From a virus (lineage: Duplodnaviria > Caudoviricetes): 64,000 nucleotides of DNA. Every line of letters starts with the position of its first letter. The first letter of the stretch is position 1. Shown piece by piece: positions 39,772-49,183 of the stretch. Location: IMG/VR virus record IMGVR_UViG_3300028886_000059, positions 1 to 64,000 of that record, one strand, 5' to 3'. The notes under the pieces were generated by a model. It was given only the letters and a program-made list of their open reading frames with translations, made no database searches and was not told where the DNA came from. Both the position numbers and the translations under genes were made by a program.

Positions 39772-40500
39772 TTACTCCTCCTCTTCTGCTTCGTCTTTGA
39801 TGAATACTATGTGAGGGCAGGCGGTTTGGAAGGCTGACAGGATGCCAGTCATCGCAATCTCCAGTGCCTCACTGTTGACTTCGCCGTTGGTCATAATTGC
39901 AGCCAGCGGCATACTCTTCTTCACGGAACGGTACAACACACCTGCATAGGCGTAGTTGGCTGGCAGACTGTCATACTCGTAAACGGTGTTACCGTTTTCG
40001 TCGGTGGCAATCTCGTTTCCACTGCGGACATAGTAATCCGTTGAAACCTGCGGGGTTTGGTCGTTGGTCTTGGTGTAAACACCAGTAGCCTCCGTGTACC
40101 AGCCCTCGGTCTTTGGATTCTTCTGCTTGTAGTACGTCACACCTGCGGCGGGAGTCGTTACCGTATCACCAACCTGTGTGTAAGTACCATCCGATTCAGT
40201 GTACCAGCCGTTAGAATAGGGATTCTCGCCCGTCGGGTCAGCAATGGCCTCGTACAGACCAGCGGTAGTAACCTTGGTGTACGTGTAGCCACTCTTAGCC
40301 TTTACAGGCATGGGCTTGTACGTTCCTGCGCCGTCTGTGATGATTACATGGCCTGCATGAATCACATTCAGCGGGAAGTTAGCAGCAACATCCAGCGAGC
40401 GACCACCCTTGATACCCGAAAAATACTTTTGGATAACAATGGAATCGTTGCCGAATACTATCTGCTCACGATTTTGGTTTGCTAAATCAATCTTGGTCAT
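39772..40500 (-). CDS. head decoration protein with inserted repeats
   Basis: GIKGGRSLD..IHAGHVII...YAGVL; synteny. Confidence 0.75.
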   Translation of the reverse strand: MTKIDLANQNREQIVFGNDSIVIQKYFSGIKGGRSLDVAANFPLNVIHAGHVIITDGAGTYKPMPVKAKSGYTYTKVTTAGLYEAIADPTGENPYSNGWYTESDGTYTQVGDTVTTPAAGVTYYKQKNPKTEGWYTEATGVYTKTNDQTPQVSTDYYVRSGNEIATDENGNTVYEYDSLPANYAYAGVLYRSVKKSMPLAAIMTNGEVNSEALEIAMTGILSAFQTACPHIVFIKDEAEEEE

Positions 40501-40534
40501 TTCGTTGTTAATTGTTAAGTTGAACACTCACGGA

Positions 40535-41314
40535 CTAACGAACCAACTCAGCTGCGATAGCGTCCACATCCTCCTTCTTGGGCTCACCGATGTTTGCCAA
40601 AGGATTCTGCTTCTCGTTAGGCAGATGACTTGTCTTCCAGTTGTTCGCCATAGCGGTCAGATAGTTTGTTGTCTTGTCTGCATCCCAGTCGGCTGGAATA
40701 TTCAACCCCAAATCAATCATTGACTGCGGTACGCCCAATTCTTTTGCCTGTTTGATGATTCCGTCCATACGAACGCGGGCAGCTTCGGCAGCGTCGCGGT
40801 CAGAAAGCTGCTTCTTGAGGTCGGCGATGGTCTGCTCGGATGTCTTGTTGGCATCAAGAATGCCCTGCATCTTCTGCTCCCATTCCTTTTCGCGCTTGGC
40901 GTTTTCAGCCTTTAGGTCGGAAAGAGCCTTTTCCCATTCAGACTTGCCCTCCAGTTCCTTCTTGCGCTTTTCCTCTTCGGCAGCGGCGGCGGCAGCAGCC
41001 TCCTCCTCTTCTTTCTTCTTGCGTGCAGCTTCTTCTGCATCCTTACGTTCCTTCTCCTTCTTCTGATACTCCTCTTCGGCTTTCTTGCGGCCTTTCTCGG
41101 TTGCGGATGTGCGCACAGTGTCTAACTGGCTTTGCATCTTCTCCAAGTAGGATTTCTGTGCAGGAGAATTAACTACGGTTTCCACGTTCTCGGCTGTTAC
41201 CAAGCCCGATTGCTCAAGCATGATGGCATGTTGCTTGAGGACATCATCACCTAACCCAAGCGAAGAATACGCCTGTTTTAGCAGTGCAAAAATTCTGTTC
41301 TGTAATTCGTTCAT
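40535..41314 (-). CDS. capsid scaffolding protein
   Basis: Charged coiled coil upstream of decoration/capsid genes. Confidence 0.75.
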   Translation of the reverse strand: MNELQNRIFALLKQAYSSLGLGDDVLKQHAIMLEQSGLVTAENVETVVNSPAQKSYLEKMQSQLDTVRTSATEKGRKKAEEEYQKKEKERKDAEEAARKKKEEEEAAAAAAAEEEKRKKELEGKSEWEKALSDLKAENAKREKEWEQKMQGILDANKTSEQTIADLKKQLSDRDAAEAARVRMDGIIKQAKELGVPQSMIDLGLNIPADWDADKTTNYLTAMANNWKTSHLPNEKQNPLANIGEPKKEDVDAIAAELVR

Positions 41315-41341
41315 ATTGTCATCGAAATTTGATTCACAGGG

Positions 41342-41413
41342 CGAAGTTAGAGGTATTTTGTCAAATTTCAGGGCTTAGTTTATTTTTAGGTTTCACCAAA
41401 CTTTTTTAGTGAA
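41342..41413 (-). promoter_or_regulatory. late-class promoter
   Basis: cgaagtta (-7 variant) at 41342, ttcacc at 41392. Confidence 0.75.
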
Positions 41414-41670
41414 AAAATAAACCAAATAACATTCATTTTCGGGCTTTTTCAGGGCTTTTTATACTGGCAGATGATACACTTATCATGTCAAATGGTGAAA
41501 CGCCGTCACAGGCCACGAAAACGGCAAAAATCAGGGTGTCGGCCATGCACATCATTACGGCGGTTTCGTAATAGCTGGCTGGCATACCGATTCAGGTTGG
41601 TTTTCTCGGCTATTCCGCAACCGTGATTTTTCACACCATCTGATGCTCTCCAGCCGCCATGCACATGCAC

Positions 41671-41702
41671 AAAAAAGGGGCGCACCCTTGCAGATGCACC
41701 CC
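41671..41702 (-). terminator. intrinsic terminator of the amidoligase operon
   Basis: ggggugcauc..gggugcgcccc plus U6. Confidence 0.75.
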
Positions 41703-41728
41703 AACAAACAACTCCATTTAGAACGTGC

Positions 41729-42388
41729 TTAGACAACACGCCTTGCCATTCGGCTGTGACTCAATCTCCTTGCCCTGTACCAGTCATCGAAGCTGGCGAA
41801 CTCATCCCGTTCCGTATCGTCATCGTCCAGCGTTTGCAGAAATGCCGTCTGCATGGGGCTGACTGTTCGGTAGCCGTAACTGTCGATGTGGTTCAGGTTG
41901 GAGTACAGTCTGCCATTGAATCTGATGAACTGGCCAAACGTCCTGACGTTCCCGTTCTCGTCCATCATGGCGAACTTTGAATAGCCGATTATCTTGTCAA
42001 TTACCCTCGTCACATACGATGACTTGAATCCGTACTTCTGTATGGCTGGGTAGATGATATTCTGAAATGCGGTCTCGCTGTCTGTCATATCCCCTTCGGG
42101 TCTGATGCTCAGAATGCCGTTGTGGGCAAACCAAATGTTTCCGCGATTGAAGGGATGGCAGTTGGCCTTGCACTTGCTGCCGTGCGTTGCCAGTCTGAAA
42201 TGTATGATACACGCCTCCTCCTTCGGTACTTTGTGTATGTACTTCAAGAAGGTCTCAAAGTTCATGCCCTTATAGTGATGGCTCTTGCTGACGAATCCGC
42301 ATCCGTGCGGGTTTCTGCGATGGGCGTTTCTTAACTCGGTATCTGTTGGTAACTGCTGGCCTGCGGCCTTTATGATGATAACACACAT
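41729..42388 (-). CDS. class II glutamine amidotransferase
   Basis: N-terminal MC; HFRLATHG, NCHPF, AHNG, TDSE. Confidence 0.85.
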   Translation of the reverse strand: MCVIIIKAAGQQLPTDTELRNAHRRNPHGCGFVSKSHHYKGMNFETFLKYIHKVPKEEACIIHFRLATHGSKCKANCHPFNRGNIWFAHNGILSIRPEGDMTDSETAFQNIIYPAIQKYGFKSSYVTRVIDKIIGYSKFAMMDENGNVRTFGQFIRFNGRLYSNLNHIDSYGYRTVSPMQTAFLQTLDDDDTERDEFASFDDWYRARRLSHSRMARRVV

Positions 42389-42482
42389 AATATTCTTATT
42401 TTAATTTGTTGATGATATGATAATGTTTGATTTTTGGCCGTTTGCGGCCTGTGTGCAGGGCTTTCGCCCTGCTTGCCTGTAG

Positions 42483-43397
42483 TTATTGTGCCTGTCTTGC
42501 AAATTCGCGCTGGCGACGCTTGAAATATGCCTTTTCGTCGTTTGTCAAGAAAGGTATCTCGTCGATGCTGGCGATTGGGCGGGTGAGTCTGTTGTCGCGT
42601 GACCAAACCACCAGCTTTGCACAGAATGAAATCCAGTTAGAAATCTTCTCGTAATCCGTGCTGCCCTGATGCTGGCGAAACTCGATTGTACGGTGGCGTG
42701 ACCATGAACAAGCATTCACCTTGAAATATCTGTCATTGCCGAAAGCGTTGCAGACATCCTCCTGTGTGTGGCAGTTTGCCAAACGCTTGCCGATTATTGA
42801 CTCGCAATAGGTGTTATTGTTTGCCCTGCGGCTTCCTGCCATGAAGGTGTCGATAAGGGTCTCAAGCATCTGATAGTTTACGAATACGCTGACGTACTGC
42901 TCGCCTGTCAAGTCCTTTGCACCGATATGAACGTGCAAGCCTGTTGTCCTGTTGACCTTTGCACCAGCGGCATTCAATGTGGCGCAAGCCTTTTTCAGTG
43001 ATGCCAAACCGTTACGGCCTTTAAGCACTGGAGTAACACATTCGATGCAGCCGCTGTCGCTGTAGCCCTGTGCGTTTCTGATGCTGCCGTCTGTCACGAA
43101 CTTGAAAACGCTGTTGCTGTCGTGATGGTTGTAGCCCTGATATTCAAGGGGTAGGCCATTCTCCGCACCGATTCTCTGTATAAGACTGCGGTCAACGTTA
43201 TAGGTCTCCATCTCGACTCCGAAAGTAACGGTGAACTTCTTCGATGTTGCGGGGATGTATGCACCTGCATCATTGCCAAGAATGATTGTGATTTCGTCAC
43301 GGGTGATGCCCAGCTTCAGGAGTTCAATAACCTTTGCACTCTTTGCCATGCGACCGTTCTTAATCTCGCTTACCTGTTCTGAAAGTGACTTTGCCAT
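42483..43397 (-). CDS. putative amidoligase (COOH-NH2 ligase, Amidoligase_2-like)
   Basis: FGVEME, TDGSI, ECVTPVL, GLHVHIG, TIEFRQHQGS. Confidence 0.85.
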   Translation of the reverse strand: MAKSLSEQVSEIKNGRMAKSAKVIELLKLGITRDEITIILGNDAGAYIPATSKKFTVTFGVEMETYNVDRSLIQRIGAENGLPLEYQGYNHHDSNSVFKFVTDGSIRNAQGYSDSGCIECVTPVLKGRNGLASLKKACATLNAAGAKVNRTTGLHVHIGAKDLTGEQYVSVFVNYQMLETLIDTFMAGSRRANNNTYCESIIGKRLANCHTQEDVCNAFGNDRYFKVNACSWSRHRTIEFRQHQGSTDYEKISNWISFCAKLVVWSRDNRLTRPIASIDEIPFLTNDEKAYFKRRQREFARQAQ

Positions 43398-43406
43398 AAT
43401 TCTTTG

Positions 43407-43447
43407 TGCCTGTTTGGTCAGTCGGCTCTTCTGTTCTAAATGGGTTG
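43407..43447 (-). ncRNA. conserved leader RNA motif, copy 3
   Basis: caacccauuuagaa-cag-aagagccga-cug-accaaac-aggca. Confidence 0.7.
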
Positions 43448-43465
43448 TTATGTTGTTTGATGTTG

Positions 43466-43536
43466 CAAAGGTAAGCAAATAAATTTAAACTACCAAATTT
43501 TTCAGCGAAAAAATAAAGTTATTTGCTTTATTTAAC
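43466..43536 (-). promoter_or_regulatory. early-class promoter with operator
   Basis: Near-identical to 10621-10690. Confidence 0.8.
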
Positions 43537-43655
43537 ATTTGAAGCGGTTTTTGAAGCACATACACCTTATTATATATATAAATAGGCTGCAAATAAAGCG
43601 TTTTAAGACGTTCTTTTCATTGCAGCCTATAGAATACCAAAGAAAGCGATTTAAT

Positions 43656-44279
43656 TTATCTGCCGCCTGTTCTGATGCCATAGATAAGCCAAATTTCATC
43701 AATGGCCATCTCCAAGTCTGCAAGAAACTGGCGAAACTCAAAAGGCTTGATAGGTCTTTTTCTGCCTGTCAGAAAATCGACCCTGACGAACATGTTCACC
43801 AAATCGAACTCAGAAAGCGACCCTTCGGAATAGTTCAGGAGCGCACTGGCATACATCGAATAGTGCAGCGTGGCCTCCTTTCTGAACCGTGGAAGTCTGC
43901 CTCCGTCATACAGTGCCTTGCAGAACGTGTCATAGTCTGCAAGTTCAAAGGGATAGATGCCATACGACTGCAATGTTTTTACTATCTCGCGGAAATTCCC
44001 GTGCAGGTCGATGTACTGGTTGCACATGTCATCCTGCGACATCGGCTTTCTTTCAGGATTCGGAAACCCGTTCATCATCATGTTCAGGTTGAAATTCTCC
44101 ACATCCTTAAACGATTCTCCACCAATGGCCATCTGCCTGAAATCTTCCGCAGCCGACCATGAGCAGAAAGCCACCGTAAGCCCGCATCCGAGTATAAGCC
44201 GTGTCTTCCGAAACGCCGAGACTTCATCCGTCGGCATCCGTAGCTTCTGAATAGTTGGTAAACTGAAATGCTTCATCAC
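43656..44279 (-). CDS. hypothetical protein
   Basis: 207-aa ORF at the operon end. Confidence 0.6.
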   Translation of the reverse strand: MMKHFSLPTIQKLRMPTDEVSAFRKTRLILGCGLTVAFCSWSAAEDFRQMAIGGESFKDVENFNLNMMMNGFPNPERKPMSQDDMCNQYIDLHGNFREIVKTLQSYGIYPFELADYDTFCKALYDGGRLPRFRKEATLHYSMYASALLNYSEGSLSEFDLVNMFVRVDFLTGRKRPIKPFEFRQFLADLEMAIDEIWLIYGIRTGGR

Positions 44280-44482
44280 TTTCTGCTTTCACACTTATGA
44301 CAGGTCTTGTCATCCAACTTCTGATTCCAGTAGGTACAGAAACGGCCAGTAGGCTGCTTGATGTCAAACCTGCATTTGCCGTGCTTCTTCCGTCGGTCAA
44401 TGTCACGTTTTGAACCTATCGCGCTACTGGGCTTCTTTACCAAATTTCGGCAGATTTCTTTCAGACCTTCTTTTGTGTTCAT
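44276..44482 (-). CDS. small Cys-rich protein
   Basis: ORF overlapping its neighbours' start/stop codons. Confidence 0.55.
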   Translation of the reverse strand: MNTKEGLKEICRNLVKKPSSAIGSKRDIDRRKKHGKCRFDIKQPTGRFCTYWNQKLDDKTCHKCESRK

Positions 44483-44880
44483 ACCTTCAATTCCATTATG
44501 CCGCCAGCAATCTTGTAGTAAGCCTGTTGCAGTTCATGCAGGCAGCTGATGCAGCCGTAACGCTTCCACTCGTTGCTTGGTGTCTTGATAAAAACACTGT
44601 CAATGTCCTGCGACATGGTATAGAACACCTTGGCACGGGTTCCGTACATGATGCAGCCCTGCGTCTCGTCATGCCTGAATCCGAAACGCTCCAGCAGCCG
44701 TACTTCCGTCAGGCTGATGCCCTCCAGCTTGTCAGGCTCAAAGTAGCCCTTCTCATCAAGATAGACGCTGTTCTGCGACAGTTCCATCACACAGCCAATC
44801 CTGCTGCCGCTGACTGGCACGTTTACCTTCGTCCTGACAACATCCCCGATGTGCAGGTCTCTGATAGTCATTCCGTTCAT
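44479..44880 (-). CDS. YopX-like/phage protein paralogue
   Basis: DLHIGD...GISLTE..LERFGF...LHELQ. Confidence 0.65.
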   Translation of the reverse strand: MNGMTIRDLHIGDVVRTKVNVPVSGSRIGCVMELSQNSVYLDEKGYFEPDKLEGISLTEVRLLERFGFRHDETQGCIMYGTRAKVFYTMSQDIDSVFIKTPSNEWKRYGCISCLHELQQAYYKIAGGIMELKV

Positions 44881-45302
44881 TTCTTCACCTTCTTTTGTTT
44901 AGGTACTCTGACTTTCAACTCACCACGGCCATGCTTCCATGCCATCTGTTGAACAACATGCAGAAAAGCCCGCTTGGGATTCAGGTACTCGACAAACTGG
45001 CCGTTACCGTGGTTGATGGTAAGGTGTGCGCCGCCGTCATTCAGCAAATCGACACGCGCCGACACGCCATCGCCCTTGAAGCTGATGACAACGCCATCCA
45101 CCTTTGCACCCACCACCTTCAACGCTTCCGTATCAGTCAGCGCAACAGGCTCGGCCTCGCCCAAATGTACGATGGTCATTGTGTTCTCGTCAAAGGCATC
45201 TGTACGCCCGATAGTTCCGATTTGGTGCAGTTCGCCATTGAAGCGCACCACGTCGCCAGCGTGTAAGTCACGGCCAGCCATTTTCATTTTCTTCTGTTCC
45301 AT
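44877..45302 (-). CDS. YopX-like/phage protein paralogue
   Basis: DLHAGD...EPVALT...LHVVQ. Confidence 0.65.
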   Translation of the reverse strand: MEQKKMKMAGRDLHAGDVVRFNGELHQIGTIGRTDAFDENTMTIVHLGEAEPVALTDTEALKVVGAKVDGVVISFKGDGVSARVDLLNDGGAHLTINHGNGQFVEYLNPKRAFLHVVQQMAWKHGRGELKVRVPKQKKVKK

Positions 45303-45435
45303 TTTGATTCCCGTTTTTGTCGTTTCTTCTTTGATTCGTTTCTTCGCCGTTCTGTTTCACACGGCCTGACACCTTGGCAGGAGCATCCGTTTCCGTATGT
45401 TCTGCTTCGGGTATAGTATTTGCATGATGAACACT

Positions 45436-45771
45436 TCATAACCTTCTTTGCGGCTCGTTCTTTATGCAGTCACTAACATATCCGTCGATGTCGATTTCAA
45501 ACATCGTCATTCCGAGAGAGTTGCAGCCGACTTGCGCCGTCTGATAGCCAGTCTTTGCCTTATCGCCGTACTTATGGATTTCTTCTACAAACATCCTGTC
45601 AATACTTGCAGGGTTCGTGATATGCGGGTTCTGACGCTTAAACGTCTCTTTCCGCGATTCCACCGTAGCGGCCAACTGTTTGACAAGGCTAAGATTCTCG
45701 CGCAATTCCTTGATTCCGTTCTGTAGCGTCATCAGGTCATACATGAACGCCTCATTTACCTCCGCTTTCAT
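45436..45771 (-). CDS. hypothetical protein
   Basis: ORF. Confidence 0.6.
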   Translation of the reverse strand: MKAEVNEAFMYDLMTLQNGIKELRENLSLVKQLAATVESRKETFKRQNPHITNPASIDRMFVEEIHKYGDKAKTGYQTAQVGCNSLGMTMFEIDIDGYVSDCIKNEPQRRL

Positions 45772-46123
45772 ACTTATCCGAATTTTGTTTCAGCCATTTC
45801 ACACATCCGATGATGTTCTCAAAAAGCGTTCCACCGTCGAATGATTCAAGGTGTAAATCATAGTCGATGCAGAAATACGTCACCTCTTCACCGAATATGC
45901 AGCGGTCATAAACAATGCCATCTTCATCTTTCAGTGTCAGCGGCAAAAGGTTCATCAATGCCGCCAGCGACCAGCACGGCACGGCATTATTAGCCCATTC
46001 CGACGTGATTCTGTAGCCTCCGACAGTAGGGATTCGGTACAGGTCAGCCGTATCGGGATTGATACCCAAATCGGCCAGCTGTGCCTCCTGCTTCCGCGTC
46101 GTACAATACTGTTTCTCTTCCAT
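45752..46123 (-). CDS. hypothetical phage protein
   Basis: CTT..Q...L..LGINPDTAD...PCWSLAALMNLLP pattern. Confidence 0.7.
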   Translation of the reverse strand: MEEKQYCTTRKQEAQLADLGINPDTADLYRIPTVGGYRITSEWANNAVPCWSLAALMNLLPLTLKDEDGIVYDRCIFGEEVTYFCIDYDLHLESFDGGTLFENIIGCVKWLKQNSDKYESGGK

Positions 46124-46132
46124 ACGCATGAT

Positions 46133-46159
46133 GGCGGGGCTGTAAGAACAGCCCTCGCC
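46133..46159 (-). other. hairpin/cruciform downstream of DGR VR2
   Basis: ggcggggctgt-aaga-acagccc(t)cgcc. Confidence 0.8.
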
Positions 46160-46171
46160 GAATGTAGAATG

Positions 46172-46848
46172 TTAAATGTTAAATGCGGCCACAGGGCGAA
46201 CAACGACCTGCTGGGAGACTTGCCGCCGGTGTTGACGAGACCAGTAGTGAAAAGCACGTACCAAGCATAGTAGCTGCTGTACTCAGTAACAGACCAGTAG
46301 TATTCTTCCATATCGAATGGCTCGCCGCCAACAAATTTTAACGCTTCATTCAGCCCTTTGTCGGCATAGTGACACATCAGCACCAGCATAGGCAATGCAG
46401 GGATGCACTCACCACCTGCCAGCGGTATGTCCGTTCCGATTTCCTGAATGTGCTTCGTGCGCTCCACACACTCCCAATCCAGCAGGGCATCACATTCACG
46501 ACGGCGGTACGATGGATGTTCCGACGGGCATTTGTCGGTGTCCTGTACCAGTGCATACTTGCCAAGGTCTTTCAATGCCACACAGAAAGAATGGCCGTCA
46601 TGCACGATTCCGATGTACTTCACGCCCTTTGCATCTGACTTGTCATTGTCGCCAGTGTACGGCTTATAGCCGCCATCCTCATAGACAAGGTACAGACCGT
46701 TAGGCACTGTGTTTCCGCTGGCCACGGCCACGGGTGCAGGCTTACTTACTTCGCGCTTTTCACCAGCCATAATGAAATCCAAGGCTTTCTGCGCATCTTC
46801 TCCAAATTCACGGTATAGTTCCAACCGCATTTGCTGATTCTCTGTCAT
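46172..46848 (-). pseudogene. second DGR target (DUF1566/CLec-like), frameshifted within its VR
   Basis: LNEALKFVGGEPF..YYWSVTEYSSYYAWYVLF; 2 extra nt relative to VR1 put the terminal VVVRPVAAFNI* out of frame. Confidence 0.75.
46181..46300 (-). repeat. DGR variable repeat VR2
   Basis: 120-bp near-copy of 103-220. Confidence 0.9.
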
Positions 46849-47429
46849 GTTTTTTATTGTTTTTAAATATGTATTCTTTGGTCGTTTATCAGATTCCGAC
46901 GCTCTTTCTTTCATTGCAAGACACAATGCCAAGGCCACAGGATTAGGCTCAACGCTTTTCGCCTTATTGACATTTTCCAATACATAGATAGCACCAGCAT
47001 GAAAGGCATCTTCAATTTCGATGTCATAATGCTTTTGCATACCTTCATCAAGTTGTTTCCTCGCATCACTGCTGACTTTAACCTTTTCGCAGTATTCTTG
47101 CGCCTTTTCTGTAATCGGTAACTTAATCATTTCTTCATCTGATTTAATTGTTCGTAATACTGTTTGTTGGAGAATTGCGGGGTATTCCACGCTTCGCGCT
47201 TCCGTGCCAGCTGCTTCTCCTTGCGCTGCTGATAGACCCTGTTCATACTACTTATTCTTTTTGCGTTTCTTTTTCTTCTTAGGCGGGGTGTAGTTCGACC
47301 CTTTGCCCCACTTAGTGCCACCACACACAGACGGCACAATCTTACGCAGCTTTTCAGCCCTGTCCTTTATCTTCATGCAGGTCTCATAGACTTGCGGGTG
47401 TTCCACCTTGCAGCATTCGCATCCCATAG

Positions 47430-47711
47430 CTATACCAGTTGTTTGATTGTATCGTATGCAGCGCGTATTTCATCCGCATGTTCCTTTGCGAACCTGTCAA
47501 AAGCACCTTCACCACCGAAAACCTCATCCAGTCGTGGCATGATGTCACCGATAGGATTCAGCCAAGAGTCTTTTTTGCATTCTTCGGGTGAATAGATGGC
47601 TATCAAACCAGCATTGCCGCCGAAATGCAGACACATGGCGAAATAAGCCGCCAACTTGTTTTCCGCTTCGATTGAGTATTTACTACTCATTGCACCATAT
47701 TCAATTACCAT
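47430..47711 (-). CDS. hypothetical protein
   Basis: ORF. Confidence 0.65.
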   Translation of the reverse strand: MVIEYGAMSSKYSIEAENKLAAYFAMCLHFGGNAGLIAIYSPEECKKDSWLNPIGDIMPRLDEVFGGEGAFDRFAKEHADEIRAAYDTIKQLV

Positions 47712-47761
47712 AGCCTTATGTCTTTAAGAATAATATTTTCGTTAATGTTCATGTCCTGTAT

Positions 47762-48067
47762 TTAATAACCGTAATAATGTCCTAATTCAACCTCTCTCCG
47801 ACTCAGGCGATAGCGTTTGCCAACATTGAACTTGTAATAACTGCTTGCAGAGCATTCGACAGGTCGCAATTCACCCGTTTCTGCATCTTTCATTACGACA
47901 TAGTACACCGTTTCCACAACCTGTTTCTCGGTGAAGAAATTGTAGTGTGAGCCTACATCCTTAGACTTTTCCACTACTTCATAGACGCGCTGCTCCCTTT
48001 GGCCGTCACAATCCGAATTTGACATGCAGACCAGCGCAATAAATACAATGATAAATAAACGTTTCAT
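47762..48067 (-). CDS. putative lipoprotein/secreted protein
   Basis: MKRLFIIVFIALVC signal. Confidence 0.6.
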   Translation of the reverse strand: MKRLFIIVFIALVCMSNSDCDGQREQRVYEVVEKSKDVGSHYNFFTEKQVVETVYYVVMKDAETGELRPVECSASSYYKFNVGKRYRLSRREVELGHYYGY

Positions 48068-48073
48068 ATACTA

Positions 48074-48382
48074 TTACTTATTTAGTTCCTTCCATTGCAG
48101 TACGGCTTCATACACCGTCTTTGCAGGTTCTATCCCAGCATCATGCAGGGCATCGTTCACACCTTCCATGATTGCATCAACATCCAAGTAATCATCGTAT
48201 GGGTCAAAGAACTCGGCAACGGCATCCTCACAGCAAAGGTGCATCCGCTGGTCGTCAATTTCGCCGTCAGTGACATAGACGTTATGCTGATACTTCTCGC
48301 CCTTCTTGATGACAGCACCGCAAAACAGGCATCTGTGCTCCTTGCTGGCTACGGGCTGTTCCTGACGTAACACCTCAACCAT
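48074..48382 (-). CDS. zinc-binding phage protein
   Basis: ASKEHRCLFCGAVIKKGEKY...H..C. Confidence 0.7.
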   Translation of the reverse strand: MVEVLRQEQPVASKEHRCLFCGAVIKKGEKYQHNVYVTDGEIDDQRMHLCCEDAVAEFFDPYDDYLDVDAIMEGVNDALHDAGIEPAKTVYEAVLQWKELNK

Positions 48383-48388
48383 ACTTTT

Positions 48389-48751
48389 TTATTTAGTTCG
48401 CAAAACCTTTACCATCGTGACATAATGCTCATCTTTCCGATGAAGTATATATCCCATCCTCACATACCAGTCGCAAAGCCAGTCGAAGTTACTACAGCTT
48501 TTATCTACGTCAAGCTGCATGAAAGACCTGTTGTTTATAATGGCTATCTTTTCGCATTTCTCCATCAGCATCTTTCCGATATTCTTTCTTCTTTGGCTTT
48601 CATCCACGATAAGCCCCTTGACAAATGCCGTTGAAGGGCAGTCGTTTTCAAGTTGCAATTCCACTGACGCAATCCCGTTACGTTCTATCAGTGTTATAGT
48701 CCTGCCCCACCACCAATCAACCGATATTCTTGTCAAATTGTCATACATCAT
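48389..48751 (-). CDS. GNAT family acetyltransferase
   Basis: LIVDESQRRKNIGKMLM...WYVRMGY. Confidence 0.8.
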   Translation of the reverse strand: MMYDNLTRISVDWWWGRTITLIERNGIASVELQLENDCPSTAFVKGLIVDESQRRKNIGKMLMEKCEKIAIINNRSFMQLDVDKSCSNFDWLCDWYVRMGYILHRKDEHYVTMVKVLRTK

Positions 48752-49179
48752 AATTCTTCGTTTATGATTCTTTCCTCGATTTCCCTTGATAACGCTGGCA
48801 TGTCAGGATTCAATTCTTTACCCGTCAAGTCGCGGTAGATGTGCTGCAACTGATGAAGAAACTCGACCTTCCACGGTATTGCCCTGCAAGCGGGTGAGCC
48901 GAATCCAACCACGCCAACGGTCTTTTGCATGGGATGGTAAGAAATGACATCGTTCTCGTTCAGCTGGAGAATGCCGTTTTTGTCGAAGCCGCACAGTTCC
49001 AGCACCCTTTCAGAAAGTGGTACAGGCATCAACTCTTCGTGATTCACCTCTTCAATATTGTTGTCACGGTCAGCACACTTGCAATATGTCTGCACGGTGA
49101 TGATTTTCAGCACACCCAGCCCATGCAGGTGGCAGAACCAGTCATCAACCCTTATATCATGTAGATTCAGCAGTTCCAT
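48748..49179 (-). CDS. YopX-like/phage protein paralogue
   Basis: PVPLSERVLELCGF...LHQLQHIY. Confidence 0.65.
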   Translation of the reverse strand: MELLNLHDIRVDDWFCHLHGLGVLKIITVQTYCKCADRDNNIEEVNHEELMPVPLSERVLELCGFDKNGILQLNENDVISYHPMQKTVGVVGFGSPACRAIPWKVEFLHQLQHIYRDLTGKELNPDMPALSREIEERIINEEL

Positions 49180-49183
49180 AGCG

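Noticed and set aside
46181-46300. Second repeat as the DGR template repeat (TR)
   Set aside because: It has non-A bases at many variable positions where VR1 has A, lies at the end of a CLec-like gene with its own hairpin, and no RT is nearby.
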